Source: an uncultured Alphaproteobacteria bacterium (GTDB taxonomy: Bacteria; Pseudomonadota; Alphaproteobacteria; Rhizobiales; Xanthobacteraceae). From it: DNA of 64,000 bases. The stretch covers positions 300,765 through 364,764 of the forward strand of contig CAWJBG010000001.1 in NCBI GenBank assembly GCA_963841025.1. The letters run 5' to 3'. A program made the position numbers and the translations under genes. Shown piece by piece: positions 10,368 to 20,161 of the stretch. Below the pieces are notes generated by a model. The model ran no database searches, was not told where the DNA came from, and worked only from the letters and a program-made list of their open reading frames with translations. Every line of letters starts with the position of its first letter. The stretch's first letter is position 1.

Positions 10368-11462
10368 ATGGAAGACGCTCACCAGCGTGTACGCACGGTC
10401 GTGGCCGCATTTGCTCGCGGCGAGATCGTCATCGTCGCCGATGACGACGACCGCGAGAACGAAGGCGATCTGTTCGTGGCGGCTTCACTATGCACGCCCG
10501 AGAAGATGGCGTTCATCATCCGTAATACGTCCGGCATCGTCTGCGCGCCGCTTGCGCCCGACGAAGCGCGCCGGCTGCACCTTGACCCGATGGTGGCGCG
10601 CAACGATGCGCCGCTTGGCACCGCGTTCACCGTATCGGTCGATGCGCGCCATGGGCTGACCACAGGCATCTCCGCCGAAGAGCGGAGCAATACGGTTCGC
10701 GCACTCGCCAACGGCAATATGGGAGCGGCTGATTTCGTGCGGCCTGGTCACGTGTTTCCGCTGGTGGCGAAAGAGGGCGGCGTGCTGATGCGCTCGGGGC
10801 ACACCGAGGCGTGCGTGGATCTTTGCCGCCTGGCCGGGCTTCCGGCGGTCGGCGTGCTTGCCGAACTGATGAATGACGACGGCACCGTGATGCGCGGGCC
10901 GGAGATCGCAGCATTCGGTGAGCGTCACAAGCTGCAACGGGTTACGATCGCTGACCTGATCGCCTATCGGCAGGCGCGCGATAAACTGATCGAGCGGGTC
11001 GGCGAATTTCCTGTGGAGTCCGAGATCGGTACGTTGAGCGGCTACGCTTTTCAGACGCCGTTTGATCCATTTTATCACATGGCCTTCGTCCACGGCCGTA
11101 TCGGCGACGGCAAGAACGTGCTCACGCGGCTGCACCGCGCCAATCTCATCCTGGACGTTTTTGGGGGCGCGAAAGCTATTCATAAAACGCTCGAGCGCTT
11201 CAAGGCCGAAGGCGGTGGGGTGCTGGTGGTTTTACGCGACGGCGCCGCGGGCGTGCCGGTGATCGCCATTCCGAAATCAGACGAAACCGCGTCCGGCGAG
11301 GCTCGCACGAGACAGTGGCGCGAGGTCGGACTCGGCGCCCAGATCCTGAAAGATCTCGGCGTCACATCTATCCGGCTTCTGAGCTCGTCGCGCCACATGA
11401 CGTATGTCGGATTGTCCGGCTTTGGCATTGAAATCGTCGGCACTCAGCCAGTTGAAGTTTGA
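10368..11462 (+). CDS. ribB: 3,4-dihydroxy-2-butanone-4-phosphate synthase with RibA-like C-terminal domain
   Basis: DDRENEGDL, HTEACVDL and a C-terminal GTP-cyclohydrolase-II-like region. 364 aa. Confidence 0.85.
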   Translation: MEDAHQRVRTVVAAFARGEIVIVADDDDRENEGDLFVAASLCTPEKMAFIIRNTSGIVCAPLAPDEARRLHLDPMVARNDAPLGTAFTVSVDARHGLTTGISAEERSNTVRALANGNMGAADFVRPGHVFPLVAKEGGVLMRSGHTEACVDLCRLAGLPAVGVLAELMNDDGTVMRGPEIAAFGERHKLQRVTIADLIAYRQARDKLIERVGEFPVESEIGTLSGYAFQTPFDPFYHMAFVHGRIGDGKNVLTRLHRANLILDVFGGAKAIHKTLERFKAEGGGVLVVLRDGAAGVPVIAIPKSDETASGEARTRQWREVGLGAQILKDLGVTSIRLLSSSRHMTYVGLSGFGIEIVGTQPVEV

Positions 11463-11475
11463 ACGAGAGGGCGTC

Positions 11476-12075
11476 ATGAAGAACATCATCTCCCGTGTTG
11501 CGGTGGCCGTCGCGTTGGTTGCTGTCGGCGTGTCGTTGTCGGCGTGCGGCTACAACACCATTCCGACCCTTGAGGAAGCGGCCAAGGCGCGCTGGTCGGA
11601 CGTGCAGAATCAGTATCAGCGCCGCACCGATCTCATTCCCAATCTGGTGGCGACGGTGCAGGGCTACGCGGCGCAGGAAAAGAGCGTGCTGACCGGGGTC
11701 GTTGAAGCTCGCGCCAAGGCGACGCAAGTCAAGATCGATGTTTCCCAGCTCACCGATCCGGACAAGCTCAAAGCTTTCCAGGATGCGCAGAACCAATTGT
11801 CGGGCGCACTGGGGCGGTTGCTTGCGGTATCCGAGAACTATCCGGACCTCAAATCCAACGCCAACTTCCTGGCGCTGCAGTCGCAGCTCGAAGGCACCGA
11901 GAACCGCATCGCGGTGGCGCGGCGCGACTACATCGAAGCGGTCCGTACTTACAATACCGCGCTGCGCACGTTCCCGACCGTGCTGTGGGCGAAAACCGCG
12001 TTTTCGGGCAACAAGCCGCTGGCCGAGTTCACCGCCACCGAAGGCTCCGAAAAACCGCCGCAGGTTAAGTTCTGA
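11476..12075 (+). CDS. LemA family protein
   Basis: N-terminal signal/lipobox (LSACGYN), then RRTDLIPNLV..YPDLKSN..LEGTENRI. ATG at 11476. Confidence 0.85.
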   Translation: MKNIISRVAVAVALVAVGVSLSACGYNTIPTLEEAAKARWSDVQNQYQRRTDLIPNLVATVQGYAAQEKSVLTGVVEARAKATQVKIDVSQLTDPDKLKAFQDAQNQLSGALGRLLAVSENYPDLKSNANFLALQSQLEGTENRIAVARRDYIEAVRTYNTALRTFPTVLWAKTAFSGNKPLAEFTATEGSEKPPQVKF

Positions 12076-12881
12076 TGCCTTTCCGTCGCTGCGAGCGCGT
12101 CCGGATCACGACGCTTGCCGCGACGCTCGTCCTTTGTCTCGCGTCATTGGCGTTTGCCTTCGACTTTCCCGCTCTGACCGGGCGCGTCGTCGATCAGGCC
12201 GGTGTCATACAATCGGGCACCAAGAGCGACATCGAGGAGATGCTCAAGAACCTCGAGGACAAATCCGGCATCCAGCTCGTTGTCGCGACGGTGAAGTCGC
12301 TCGAAGGCAGTGATATCGAGACCTACGCCAATCAGCTGTTTCGCACCTGGAAACTTGGCGAGGCCAAAAAGAACAATGGCGTGCTGCTGCTTGTTGCGCC
12401 GACCGAGCACAAGGTGCGCATCGAGGTCGGATATGGACTGGAGGGCACGCTGACCGACGCGCTGTCCTCGGTCCTCATTTCGAGCGACATCGTTCCGCGA
12501 TTTAAGACCGGCGATTTTTCCGGCGGTATCGAGCGCGGTGTTGATGGGATCATCAGCATTCTCAACGGCGACTCAGCGGAGTGGCAGCCCAAGGTGGCGG
12601 TCCGCTCCGACGATCCTCTCAGCGGCCAACTGATCCCGATCTTGTTTGTCGTGTTCTTCATCATCATCCTCATTTTCATGATTGGCCGGAGCTTTTGGTC
12701 GGGTCACTACGTCACGCGCAAAGGACAGCGGGTCTGGGTGCCCGCTCCGGTTTCGTCCGGCTCGTCAAGCTGGAGCAGCAGTAGTAGCAGCAGCGACTCC
12801 TCGAGCAGCAGTTCGTCGGACAGCGGCTTCTCCGGCGGCGGCGGTTCGTCGGGCGGCGGCGGGGCGTCGGGGAGCTGGTGA
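12075..12881 (+). CDS. TPM-domain protein (YgcG-like), copy 1, with poly-Ser/Gly tail
   Basis: LTGRVVDQAGV..GIQLVVATVKSL..NNGVLLLVAPTEHKVRIEVGYGLEG, one TM segment, and a low-complexity tail ending GGGGSSGGGGASGSW. Confidence 0.8.
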   Translation: MPFRRCERVRITTLAATLVLCLASLAFAFDFPALTGRVVDQAGVIQSGTKSDIEEMLKNLEDKSGIQLVVATVKSLEGSDIETYANQLFRTWKLGEAKKNNGVLLLVAPTEHKVRIEVGYGLEGTLTDALSSVLISSDIVPRFKTGDFSGGIERGVDGIISILNGDSAEWQPKVAVRSDDPLSGQLIPILFVVFFIIILIFMIGRSFWSGHYVTRKGQRVWVPAPVSSGSSSWSSSSSSSDSSSSSSSDSGFSGGGGSSGGGGASGSW

Positions 12882-13666
12882 TGATGCGGCTCACAACGCG
12901 CCACTTGGCTGCTGCTGGTTTTGTCCTCTGCTGGCTGACGGCATTCGCCTTCGCGCTCGACTTTCCGGCGCTGACCGGACGCGTGGTCGACCAAGCCGGC
13001 GTGATCAACGCGGCGACTCGTGCTGCCATCGACGCCAAATCAAAAGCGCTTGAAGACAAATCCGGCATTCAGCTCGTCGTCGCCACGGTGAAATCGCTGC
13101 AAGGCGGCGACATCGAGACCTATGCCAATCAGCTGTTTCGCTTCTGGAAGCTCGGCGAAGCCAAAAAGAACAACGGTGTCTTGCTCCTTGTCGCGCCGAC
13201 GGAACACAAGGTGCGCATCGAAGTGGGATATGGGCTCGAGGGCACGCTCACCGACGCGCTGTCGTCGGTCATCATCTCAAGCGCCATCGTCCCGCGGTTT
13301 AAGACCGGCGACTTTTCCGGCGGCATCGATCGCGGCGTCGACGGCATCATCAGCGTCCTCAACGGCGACGCCGCGGAATGGCATCGTAAGGTCAACGTCC
13401 GCTCCGAGGACGCGTCGGCCGATTTCAACAAGCTTTTTCCGCTGCTGTTTTTCGGGGCGTTGTTTCTGGTCATGTGGTACCTGATCCACAATGCGGGGGG
13501 AGGGCCGGGATCCGGTGGCCGCCGGAGCGGCATTGGTCCGATCATCCTGGGCTCTCTCTTGAGCGGTGGTTTCGGCGGCGGTTCTTCTGGAGGCGGCGGG
13601 TTTGGCGGCGGCTTTTCCGGCGGCGGTGGCTCGTCGGGGGGTGGCGGCGCGTCAGGTGGCTGGTGA
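12878..13666 (+). CDS. TPM-domain protein (YgcG-like), copy 2 (tandem paralogue)
   Basis: The TPM core is near-identical to the 12075..12881 product. The TM segment and Gly-rich tail end in GGGGSSGGGGASGGW. The start overlaps the upstream stop. Confidence 0.8.
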   Translation: MMMRLTTRHLAAAGFVLCWLTAFAFALDFPALTGRVVDQAGVINAATRAAIDAKSKALEDKSGIQLVVATVKSLQGGDIETYANQLFRFWKLGEAKKNNGVLLLVAPTEHKVRIEVGYGLEGTLTDALSSVIISSAIVPRFKTGDFSGGIDRGVDGIISVLNGDAAEWHRKVNVRSEDASADFNKLFPLLFFGALFLVMWYLIHNAGGGPGSGGRRSGIGPIILGSLLSGGFGGGSSGGGGFGGGFSGGGGSSGGGGASGGW

Positions 13667-13680
13667 ATTTGGGGCTGGTG

Positions 13681-14289
13681 ATGCAGTTGAGCAAGGAACA
13701 GCACGCGGCGGTCTCGGTTGCCATTCATGCGGCGGAGCAACGCACCAGCGGGCAAATTGTCTGCGTCCTGGCGCGGGCGTCTGCCGACTATGCCCACATC
13801 CCAATTCTGTGGGCCAGCGGGCTGGCGCTGATCGCGCCGTGGCCGATGATTGTTTTCACCCCGTGGAGCGTGCAGCGGATTTTTTTGATTCAGATCGCGA
13901 TCTTTGCTGTCGCCGCGCTCGTGTTCTCGTGGATGCCGGTGCGGCTCGCGCTCGTGCCGCGCTCGGTGCGGCGTGCACGCGCGCACCACGCCGCGCTCGA
14001 GCAGTTTGTCGTGCGCCGCGTCGCTCACACCAAAAATCGCAGCGGCGTTCTGATCTTCGTGTCGCTAGCGGAGCGCTACGCCCGCATTATTGCCGACGAC
14101 GGGATTGCCGAGAAGGTGCAAGCTTCAGAATGGCAGGCGGCGATCGACGCCCTCGTCGGCCACATGCGCGATGGCCGTATCGCCGAGGGTTTTAGCGCCG
14201 CGATCGAGCGCTGCGGCGCCGTGCTCGCCGCGCACGTGCCTCCGAACGGTTCGCCGAACGAACTGCCGGACCGGCTTTACATCGTCTAG
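13681..14289 (+). CDS. TPM-domain membrane protein (third gene of LemA-TPM unit)
   Basis: MQLSKEQHAAVSVAIHAAEQRTSGQIVCVL, two TM segments, then NRSGVLIFVSLAERYARIIADDGI. ATG at 13681. Confidence 0.65.
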   Translation: MQLSKEQHAAVSVAIHAAEQRTSGQIVCVLARASADYAHIPILWASGLALIAPWPMIVFTPWSVQRIFLIQIAIFAVAALVFSWMPVRLALVPRSVRRARAHHAALEQFVVRRVAHTKNRSGVLIFVSLAERYARIIADDGIAEKVQASEWQAAIDALVGHMRDGRIAEGFSAAIERCGAVLAAHVPPNGSPNELPDRLYIV

Positions 14290-14425
14290 GGCCGCGGCGC
14301 CGGCTGAGACGGCTGAGCCGTTCGCCGGTACCCGCGGCGAGCATGCCAACCATGCGTTGCGCATGCGATGCCGGTGTCCCTATATGGCGCGGGGGGTAAA
14401 GCACTTCGATACCCAGGAGGTTTCG

Positions 14426-15163
14426 ATGTCAGAGCACGATCCCATAGACCGTAAGCGCCGGGCATTTCTTGGCGCCGGCGGAGCACTCGTCCTCAGTGCG
14501 TCGCTCTCGGGCCAGTCATTCGCGCAGAGCAAGCTCAAGATCGGCGTTATCGGCTCCGGACACATCGGCGGCACCATCGGCGGCCTGTGGGTCAAGAATG
14601 GGCATAGCGTGCTGTTCTCGTCGCGCCATCCCGACGAACTCAAAGACATGGTGGCGGCTCTCGGTCCGCTCGCGCAGGCGGGCACGGTCGATCAGGCGAT
14701 CGCGTTCGGCGACGTGCTCTTCATCGCAGTCCCCTACGCCGCGCTGCCGCAGATCGGCAAAGACTATGGTGCCGCGCTCAAGGGCAAGATCATGCTCGAC
14801 GCCTGCAATGCCACGGTGGCGCGTGACGGCGCGCCGATCGCCGACGAAGTGGAGAAGGAAGGCATTGGCGTGGTGTCGCAGAAATATCTGCCCGGCACGC
14901 GGCTGGTGCGCGCGTTCAACACGATGAACTACATGATCTTTGCGAAAGAGGCGAACCGTCCGGCGCCGAGGCTCGCGATACCGATTGCCGGCGACGATAC
15001 GGCTGCGCTGCAAGTCGCCGACGTTCTCGTGCGCGATGCCGGCTTCGACCCGGTGGTCGTCGGCAAGCTCGCCGACGCCAAACGCTTCCAGCGTGGCGGT
15101 CCAGGTTACGGCCAGCAACTGACCGCCGCTGAACTCAGGCAGAAATTGTCGCTGACGCCATGA
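14426..15163 (+). CDS. NAD(P)-binding oxidoreductase (NADPH-dependent F420 reductase-like fold) with Tat signal
   Basis: AGGAGG RBS before the ATG at 14426, twin-arginine leader (RKRRAFLGAG..SFAQ) and a Rossmann motif (IGVIGSGHIGG). Confidence 0.75.
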   Translation: MSEHDPIDRKRRAFLGAGGALVLSASLSGQSFAQSKLKIGVIGSGHIGGTIGGLWVKNGHSVLFSSRHPDELKDMVAALGPLAQAGTVDQAIAFGDVLFIAVPYAALPQIGKDYGAALKGKIMLDACNATVARDGAPIADEVEKEGIGVVSQKYLPGTRLVRAFNTMNYMIFAKEANRPAPRLAIPIAGDDTAALQVADVLVRDAGFDPVVVGKLADAKRFQRGGPGYGQQLTAAELRQKLSLTP

Positions 15164-16471
15164 ACGCGCCGCAGCGCTGGCTTGGCTGGGCGCTGCCGGC
15201 TACGCCGCAGGAGCGGGCGGCGGCGCTGTGGTCGTTTGCCTATTTCTTCGCGTTGCTCGCCGGATACTACGTGTTGCGGCCGCTGCGCGACCAAATGGGC
15301 ATCGCCGGCGGCGTAAGAAATCTGCCGTGGTTGTTCACCGCGACGTTTCTCACGCTCATCGTCGTACAGCCACTCTACGGCGCACTGGTGGCGAAGCTGC
15401 CACGCGCGCGCTTCGTCCCCATCGTCTATCACTTCTTCGTCGTCAATCTCGCGCTGTTCTGGCTATTCCTCACGCTCGGCATCGCGCCGGTGATCGTGGC
15501 GCGCGTGTTCTTTGTCTGGCTCAGCGTATTCAGCCTGTTCGCCATCGCGGTGTTCTGGTCTTTCATGGCGGACCTGTTCACCGCGGAGCAGGGCAAGCGG
15601 CTGTTCGGCTTTATCGGTGCCGGCGGCACGGCCGGCGGCCTTTTGGGACCGATCATCACGATCGGGTTGTCGGTGCCGCTCGGTGCCGTCAATCTCTTGA
15701 TCGCCGCCGCGATCCTGCTCGAACTGGCGGTGTTTTGCGTCTACCGGCTGGAGCGCGCGGCAACGGTTCAAGCGGGCTCGCAAGAAACGAGGCGAGTTCG
15801 GCGGCTCCGCCTTCGCGGCGTTGCCGGAGCTGATACGTTCGCCGTATCTGATCGGCGTCGGTGCCTGGATCAGCCTGCTGTCGTTCTGCGCCACCATCGT
15901 CTACTTCGAGCAAGCCAATATCATTTCCGCTGCCGTGCACGACCGCGACACGCAAACGCGCATCTTCGCCGGTATCGATTTGGCCGTGAATTTGCTCAGC
16001 CTTGCCACGCAATTGTTCATTACCGGTCAGGTGCTCAAGCGGTTCGGCACCGGCGTGGCGGCAGGAGCGCTGCCGGCAGTCTATGTCGTCGGCTTTGCCG
16101 CGCTGTTTGTAGCGCCGACGCTAGCTGTTGTGGTCACGCTCCAGGTGGTGCAGCGCTGGATGAATTTCGCGATCGCCAATCCGGCACGTCAGGTTTTCTT
16201 TACCGTCCTTGAGCGTGAAGAGAAATATAAGGCCAAGAACTTGATCGATGTTGTGATCTATCGTGGCTCGGATGCTCTCTATGGCTGGGTATTCGACAGC
16301 CTGCAGGTGCTAGGACTAAAGCTCGGCGCGATCGCGCTCGTTGCCTGGCCGATAGCCGCGTGCTGGCTCGTTTTGTCAGGCGTGCTGGGACGTGCGCAGG
16401 AACGCCGCGCCGCAATCATTGACCAGAATTTAGCCGAGCCCGCGGCAGTGTTGGAAGGAGAACCGGCATGA
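15160..16471 (+). pseudogene. MFS-type membrane transporter resembling ATP:ADP antiporter (TLC/AAA) family, frame broken near 15781-15800
   Basis: ORF 15160..16212 is hydrophobic and transporter-like only up to about 15790. ORF 15821..16471, plus its open frame back to about 15700, continues the TM protein (GGSAFAALPELIRSPYLIGVGAW..). One extra base would explain the break. Confidence 0.6.
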
Positions 16472-17358
16472 CCAGCATAACGCGCCGCGAGTTCGCCGCG
16501 TTTGCGGCAACCGCAGTCGTGGCCTCGCCGGCATTCGCGCAAACGCCGGCGCTGCTCGCGCGACCGATCGCGACGAGTGGTGAGCTTCTGCCGGCGGTCG
16601 GTCTCGGCACGGCGCAGGTCTTCGATGTCAACGACGAGACAACACGGCAAAAGGCGACCGCGGTGCTCCACGCGCTCGTGGCCGCCGGCGGCCGCCTCGT
16701 CGACACGTCGTCGGTTTATGGTGACGCCGAGGCGGTGCTGGGCGACGTGGTCGCGTCCGGTGGACTGCGGGACAAACTTTTCATCGCCACCAAGCTTGAG
16801 TTGCCTAATGCCGCCGAGCTCAAGCGCTCACAGACTTGGTTGAAAACCGAGAAATTCGATTTGCTGCAATTTCACAATGTGCGCGATCCACAGCAGTCGC
16901 TCGGCCAATTCAAGGACTGGAAGGCGCAAGGCGTGTGCCGCTACATCGGCATCACCTCGACGAGGCATGAGCAATATGCCGCGATCGAAGCGGTACTGTT
17001 GCGGGAAAAGCCGGATTTTGTGCAGATCGACTATTCGCTCGACGACCGCGAAGCTGAAAAGCGCATTCTGCCCGCGGCGGCTGAGGTCAAGGCCAGCGTA
17101 CTGACCGCGCTGCCGTTTGGCCGCGCTCGACTGTTCCGCGCCGTACACGGCAAGGAGCTTCCTGACTGGGCACGTGGATTTGCCGATAGCTGGGCACAGT
17201 TTTTCCTGAAATATCTCCTCGCTGACCCCCGGGTAACGGCGGTCATTCCCGGCACTGCGGACGCAGCGCATATGACCGACAACGCGGGCGCCATGCGCGG
17301 ACCCTTGCCGGATCCCGATCAGCGGCGGCAAATGGTGGCATTCGCCGACGCGCTTTAG
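16468..17358 (+). CDS. aldo/keto reductase with Tat signal
   Basis: MTSITRREFAAFAATAVVASPAFAQ leader and AKR body (LVDTSSVYGDAE, GITS). ATGA overlap with the upstream gene. Confidence 0.85.
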   Translation: MTSITRREFAAFAATAVVASPAFAQTPALLARPIATSGELLPAVGLGTAQVFDVNDETTRQKATAVLHALVAAGGRLVDTSSVYGDAEAVLGDVVASGGLRDKLFIATKLELPNAAELKRSQTWLKTEKFDLLQFHNVRDPQQSLGQFKDWKAQGVCRYIGITSTRHEQYAAIEAVLLREKPDFVQIDYSLDDREAEKRILPAAAEVKASVLTALPFGRARLFRAVHGKELPDWARGFADSWAQFFLKYLLADPRVTAVIPGTADAAHMTDNAGAMRGPLPDPDQRRQMVAFADAL

Positions 17359-17462
17359 CCCGCTCGAAGCCCGCTGGGCCATCGACGGCGCGTGACGGGC
17401 ATCACTAGCCTGCGCCGTAATTCGCGGTACTGTACGGTGGGTGAGGGAGCCAGGAAGGACAG

Positions 17463-18449
17463 ATGCCGATACTTGAGCGTGGGCGGCGGCGGATACGCTA
17501 CGAGCTGGATGCTCCGGCGGAAGGGCCGGCGGATGGGCCGGTCTTTGTGCTGGTCAATGGGCTGACCCAGTATATCGAGCTGTGGGAGCCCTATCGGTAC
17601 ATGCTGGTCGCGAAGGGCTTTCGCGTCGTGACCTTCGATCTTTTGGGACAAGGCATTTCGGATAAGCCGAGCCTGCACATCACGCAGGACGACCAGGTTG
17701 CGGTGCTCTACGACCTCATCGCCGAGTTGGAGGGGGGCCCGATCTTTGTTGCCGGCATCAGTTTCGGCGGGGTCATTGCGCTTCGCTACGCCATCGCTCA
17801 TTCCGACACAATTGCCGGACTGGTGCCGATTTCGAGCTTCGCCGAACTCCCGCCGCAGTTGTATTTGCTCGGCAGTGTAATGCGGACCGGCTTGATCCTC
17901 GGTGGCACCAGCTTCCTGATGGATATGCTGTTTCCGATGAATCTTTCCAACGAGTGGCTGTCGCAGCAGATGAACGCGCTCGAAATGGCCAAACGCAGAG
18001 GGTGGCTGCTGAACGATGTCTACGCGTTGCAGAACTTGATGGAGTTGTTCCTCGAGTTCGAACCGATGACCTCGCAGCTGCCGCAGATCAGCGTTCCGAC
18101 CATGATCATGAACGGCGAGTTTGATTTTCTCACCCCGCGTTCGCTGCAGGAATCGCTGCGCGTCCACATTCCGAACAGCGAAATGGTATTTGTGCCGCGG
18201 GCCTATCACGCGTTCACGCTGGAGAAGCCGGTATTGACCGCCGACTATCTGGCGCGTTTTGCTCGCGACGTGATGTCGGGCCGCTGGCAAGGGAAGAAGA
18301 CGGTTTGGATCGGCCCGGAAGAACCCGGCGGCGAGTTCACGCCGTTTCCCGCCGATTTTGATCACATGCGGGCGATACCGGCCCGGCGCGAGAAGCCCAA
18401 AGCTGCCGAGCTTGAGGTGGCCGCGTCAGGGGTGACGGCACCCCGATGA
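17463..18449 (+). CDS. alpha/beta hydrolase
   Basis: VLVNGL.., nucleophile elbow GISFGG, and a C-terminal H in AYHAF. Confidence 0.8.
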   Translation: MPILERGRRRIRYELDAPAEGPADGPVFVLVNGLTQYIELWEPYRYMLVAKGFRVVTFDLLGQGISDKPSLHITQDDQVAVLYDLIAELEGGPIFVAGISFGGVIALRYAIAHSDTIAGLVPISSFAELPPQLYLLGSVMRTGLILGGTSFLMDMLFPMNLSNEWLSQQMNALEMAKRRGWLLNDVYALQNLMELFLEFEPMTSQLPQISVPTMIMNGEFDFLTPRSLQESLRVHIPNSEMVFVPRAYHAFTLEKPVLTADYLARFARDVMSGRWQGKKTVWIGPEEPGGEFTPFPADFDHMRAIPARREKPKAAELEVAASGVTAPR

Positions 18450-19195
18450 ACTCTCCGACAAAAACACCGAATGCGTTCCTCGGTCCGCTCGATGATGAGG
18501 GTCGCATTCCGGCGCATCAGCAGACCCGCGTCTCGGCGTTTCTGATGTCGGCCCACGGTGCGTTGGCGCGGCAGCTTACCGCGCTGCTGCCGCTCAAGTT
18601 GCAGAACAGCATGCAAGTGGAAATACATGCACAATTGTGCAGGCAGATCGAATTTCTTTCGATGCTCACGCGCGCGACCTCGTGGGTGCCGGACCCGATG
18701 CTACCGGTGTTGTGCTGGCAATGGGAGATGGCGTGGTGGCCGCACCCTGTGCGGTGGGTGGCCGATTCGATGCAGGCGCGAATGATCGATCTCGCTTGCT
18801 TCAACCACGCGCTACACGCCGTCATCCGCCCGGCGGCGCTCCTGCCTGAGTCCATCGACGTGATGGACCCATTTGCACAAGCCATGCGGCACATCGAGTT
18901 CGAAAGCGGCCGGTTGATGCAAGCGCAGATTATCTTTCTGAAGAGTCCGCAGTTTCACGACGTGCGCGATGAGGTTGCGGCCGAAGTCGAGCGCCGCCAT
19001 GAGCAGATGCGCGAGCATCTGACATCGATGCTGCTCGGACTGGAGGTCGAAACCGCCGGCAGGCACTTGATCCCGACGGCGTATCATTTGCACGTGAAGG
19101 CCGCCATGGATGCCGCCGCGGCTGCTGCAAGTGCTGCTGCCAACGCTACGGCTGCCGCCGTTACCAGGACGAGCGACGCAGCCAAACGGTCGTAG
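18446..19195 (+). CDS. hypothetical protein (Trp-rich, Ala-rich C-terminus)
   Basis: 249-aa ORF. ATGA overlap with the hydrolase stop suggests translational coupling. I recognise no family. Confidence 0.55.
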   Translation: MNSPTKTPNAFLGPLDDEGRIPAHQQTRVSAFLMSAHGALARQLTALLPLKLQNSMQVEIHAQLCRQIEFLSMLTRATSWVPDPMLPVLCWQWEMAWWPHPVRWVADSMQARMIDLACFNHALHAVIRPAALLPESIDVMDPFAQAMRHIEFESGRLMQAQIIFLKSPQFHDVRDEVAAEVERRHEQMREHLTSMLLGLEVETAGRHLIPTAYHLHVKAAMDAAAAAASAAANATAAAVTRTSDAAKRS

Positions 19196-19265
19196 CAACA
19201 TTGCCCAAAGTATCTGTTATGATTTCGTCACAATGGAATTTAGCGACCGCGGGGCAGGAGATCGA

Positions 19266-20108
19266 ATGATTACCGTTCCTGAAATGGCCGCCGAGACGTT
19301 GGGGTCTTACCTTTCTGCGCAACTCAATAGTCGATTTGCATCGACGGAAGCCGGCCTTACCGAGCTTATTCCGTCGACGGCACGGCTTTCGCTTGAATGC
19401 ATCGGCAACAGCGATGCGCTTTATCACAATGTCGAACATACCATGCTGGTCACACTGGTCGGCTTCGACATCATGAAGGGCCGGTCGCTGGTGATGCCGA
19501 CCTCCGCCAGCGATTACGCCCACGTCATCGTTGCGTGCCTGTTTCACGACATCGGTTTCGTTCGCGGAATTCTAAGAGGCGACGGCGAGGACGGCTACGT
19601 CATCGACGCCAAAGGCGGCAAAACCAAGCTGCCGCGCGGCTCGTCCGACGCCGCGCTGACGCCTTATCACGTCGACCGCTCGAAGATGTACGCCATGGAT
19701 CGGCTGGCATCGCTAGAATTGCTCGATGCCGCCAGAATTGCGCGATCGATCGAATTCACACGCTTTCCATCCGCCGCCGTGCCGGACGATAAGGACAATG
19801 AGGAAGCCTCGCTCGTGCGTGCGGCCGATCTGATCGGTCAGCTTGGCGATCCGCATTATCTGCGCAAGGCCAACGCGCTCTACTACGAGTTCGAAGAAGT
19901 CGGCATGAACAAGCAGCTCGGCTACGGCTCGCCTGCCGACCTTACGGATTTGTATCCGCAATTCTACTACAACAGCATTGCGCCGCACATTCAGAAAGCC
20001 ATCCGCTACCTGAATGTTACTTCGAGCGGGCGGCAATGGATTGCGAGCCTTTACAGCAACGTGTTCCGCGCCGAGCGGGATCGAAGCTTGTCGGGGCCCG
20101 AGCGCTAA
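19266..20108 (+). CDS. HD-domain metal-dependent phosphohydrolase
   Basis: H..HD signature (NVEHTMLV..CLFHDIGF). AGGAG RBS before the ATG at 19266. Confidence 0.7.
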   Translation: MITVPEMAAETLGSYLSAQLNSRFASTEAGLTELIPSTARLSLECIGNSDALYHNVEHTMLVTLVGFDIMKGRSLVMPTSASDYAHVIVACLFHDIGFVRGILRGDGEDGYVIDAKGGKTKLPRGSSDAALTPYHVDRSKMYAMDRLASLELLDAARIARSIEFTRFPSAAVPDDKDNEEASLVRAADLIGQLGDPHYLRKANALYYEFEEVGMNKQLGYGSPADLTDLYPQFYYNSIAPHIQKAIRYLNVTSSGRQWIASLYSNVFRAERDRSLSGPER

Positions 20109-20161
20109 GGTCGCGGGCGCCAGTCTTTACGATGTGACGCGGTAACAGCCGGGACGTTGTC

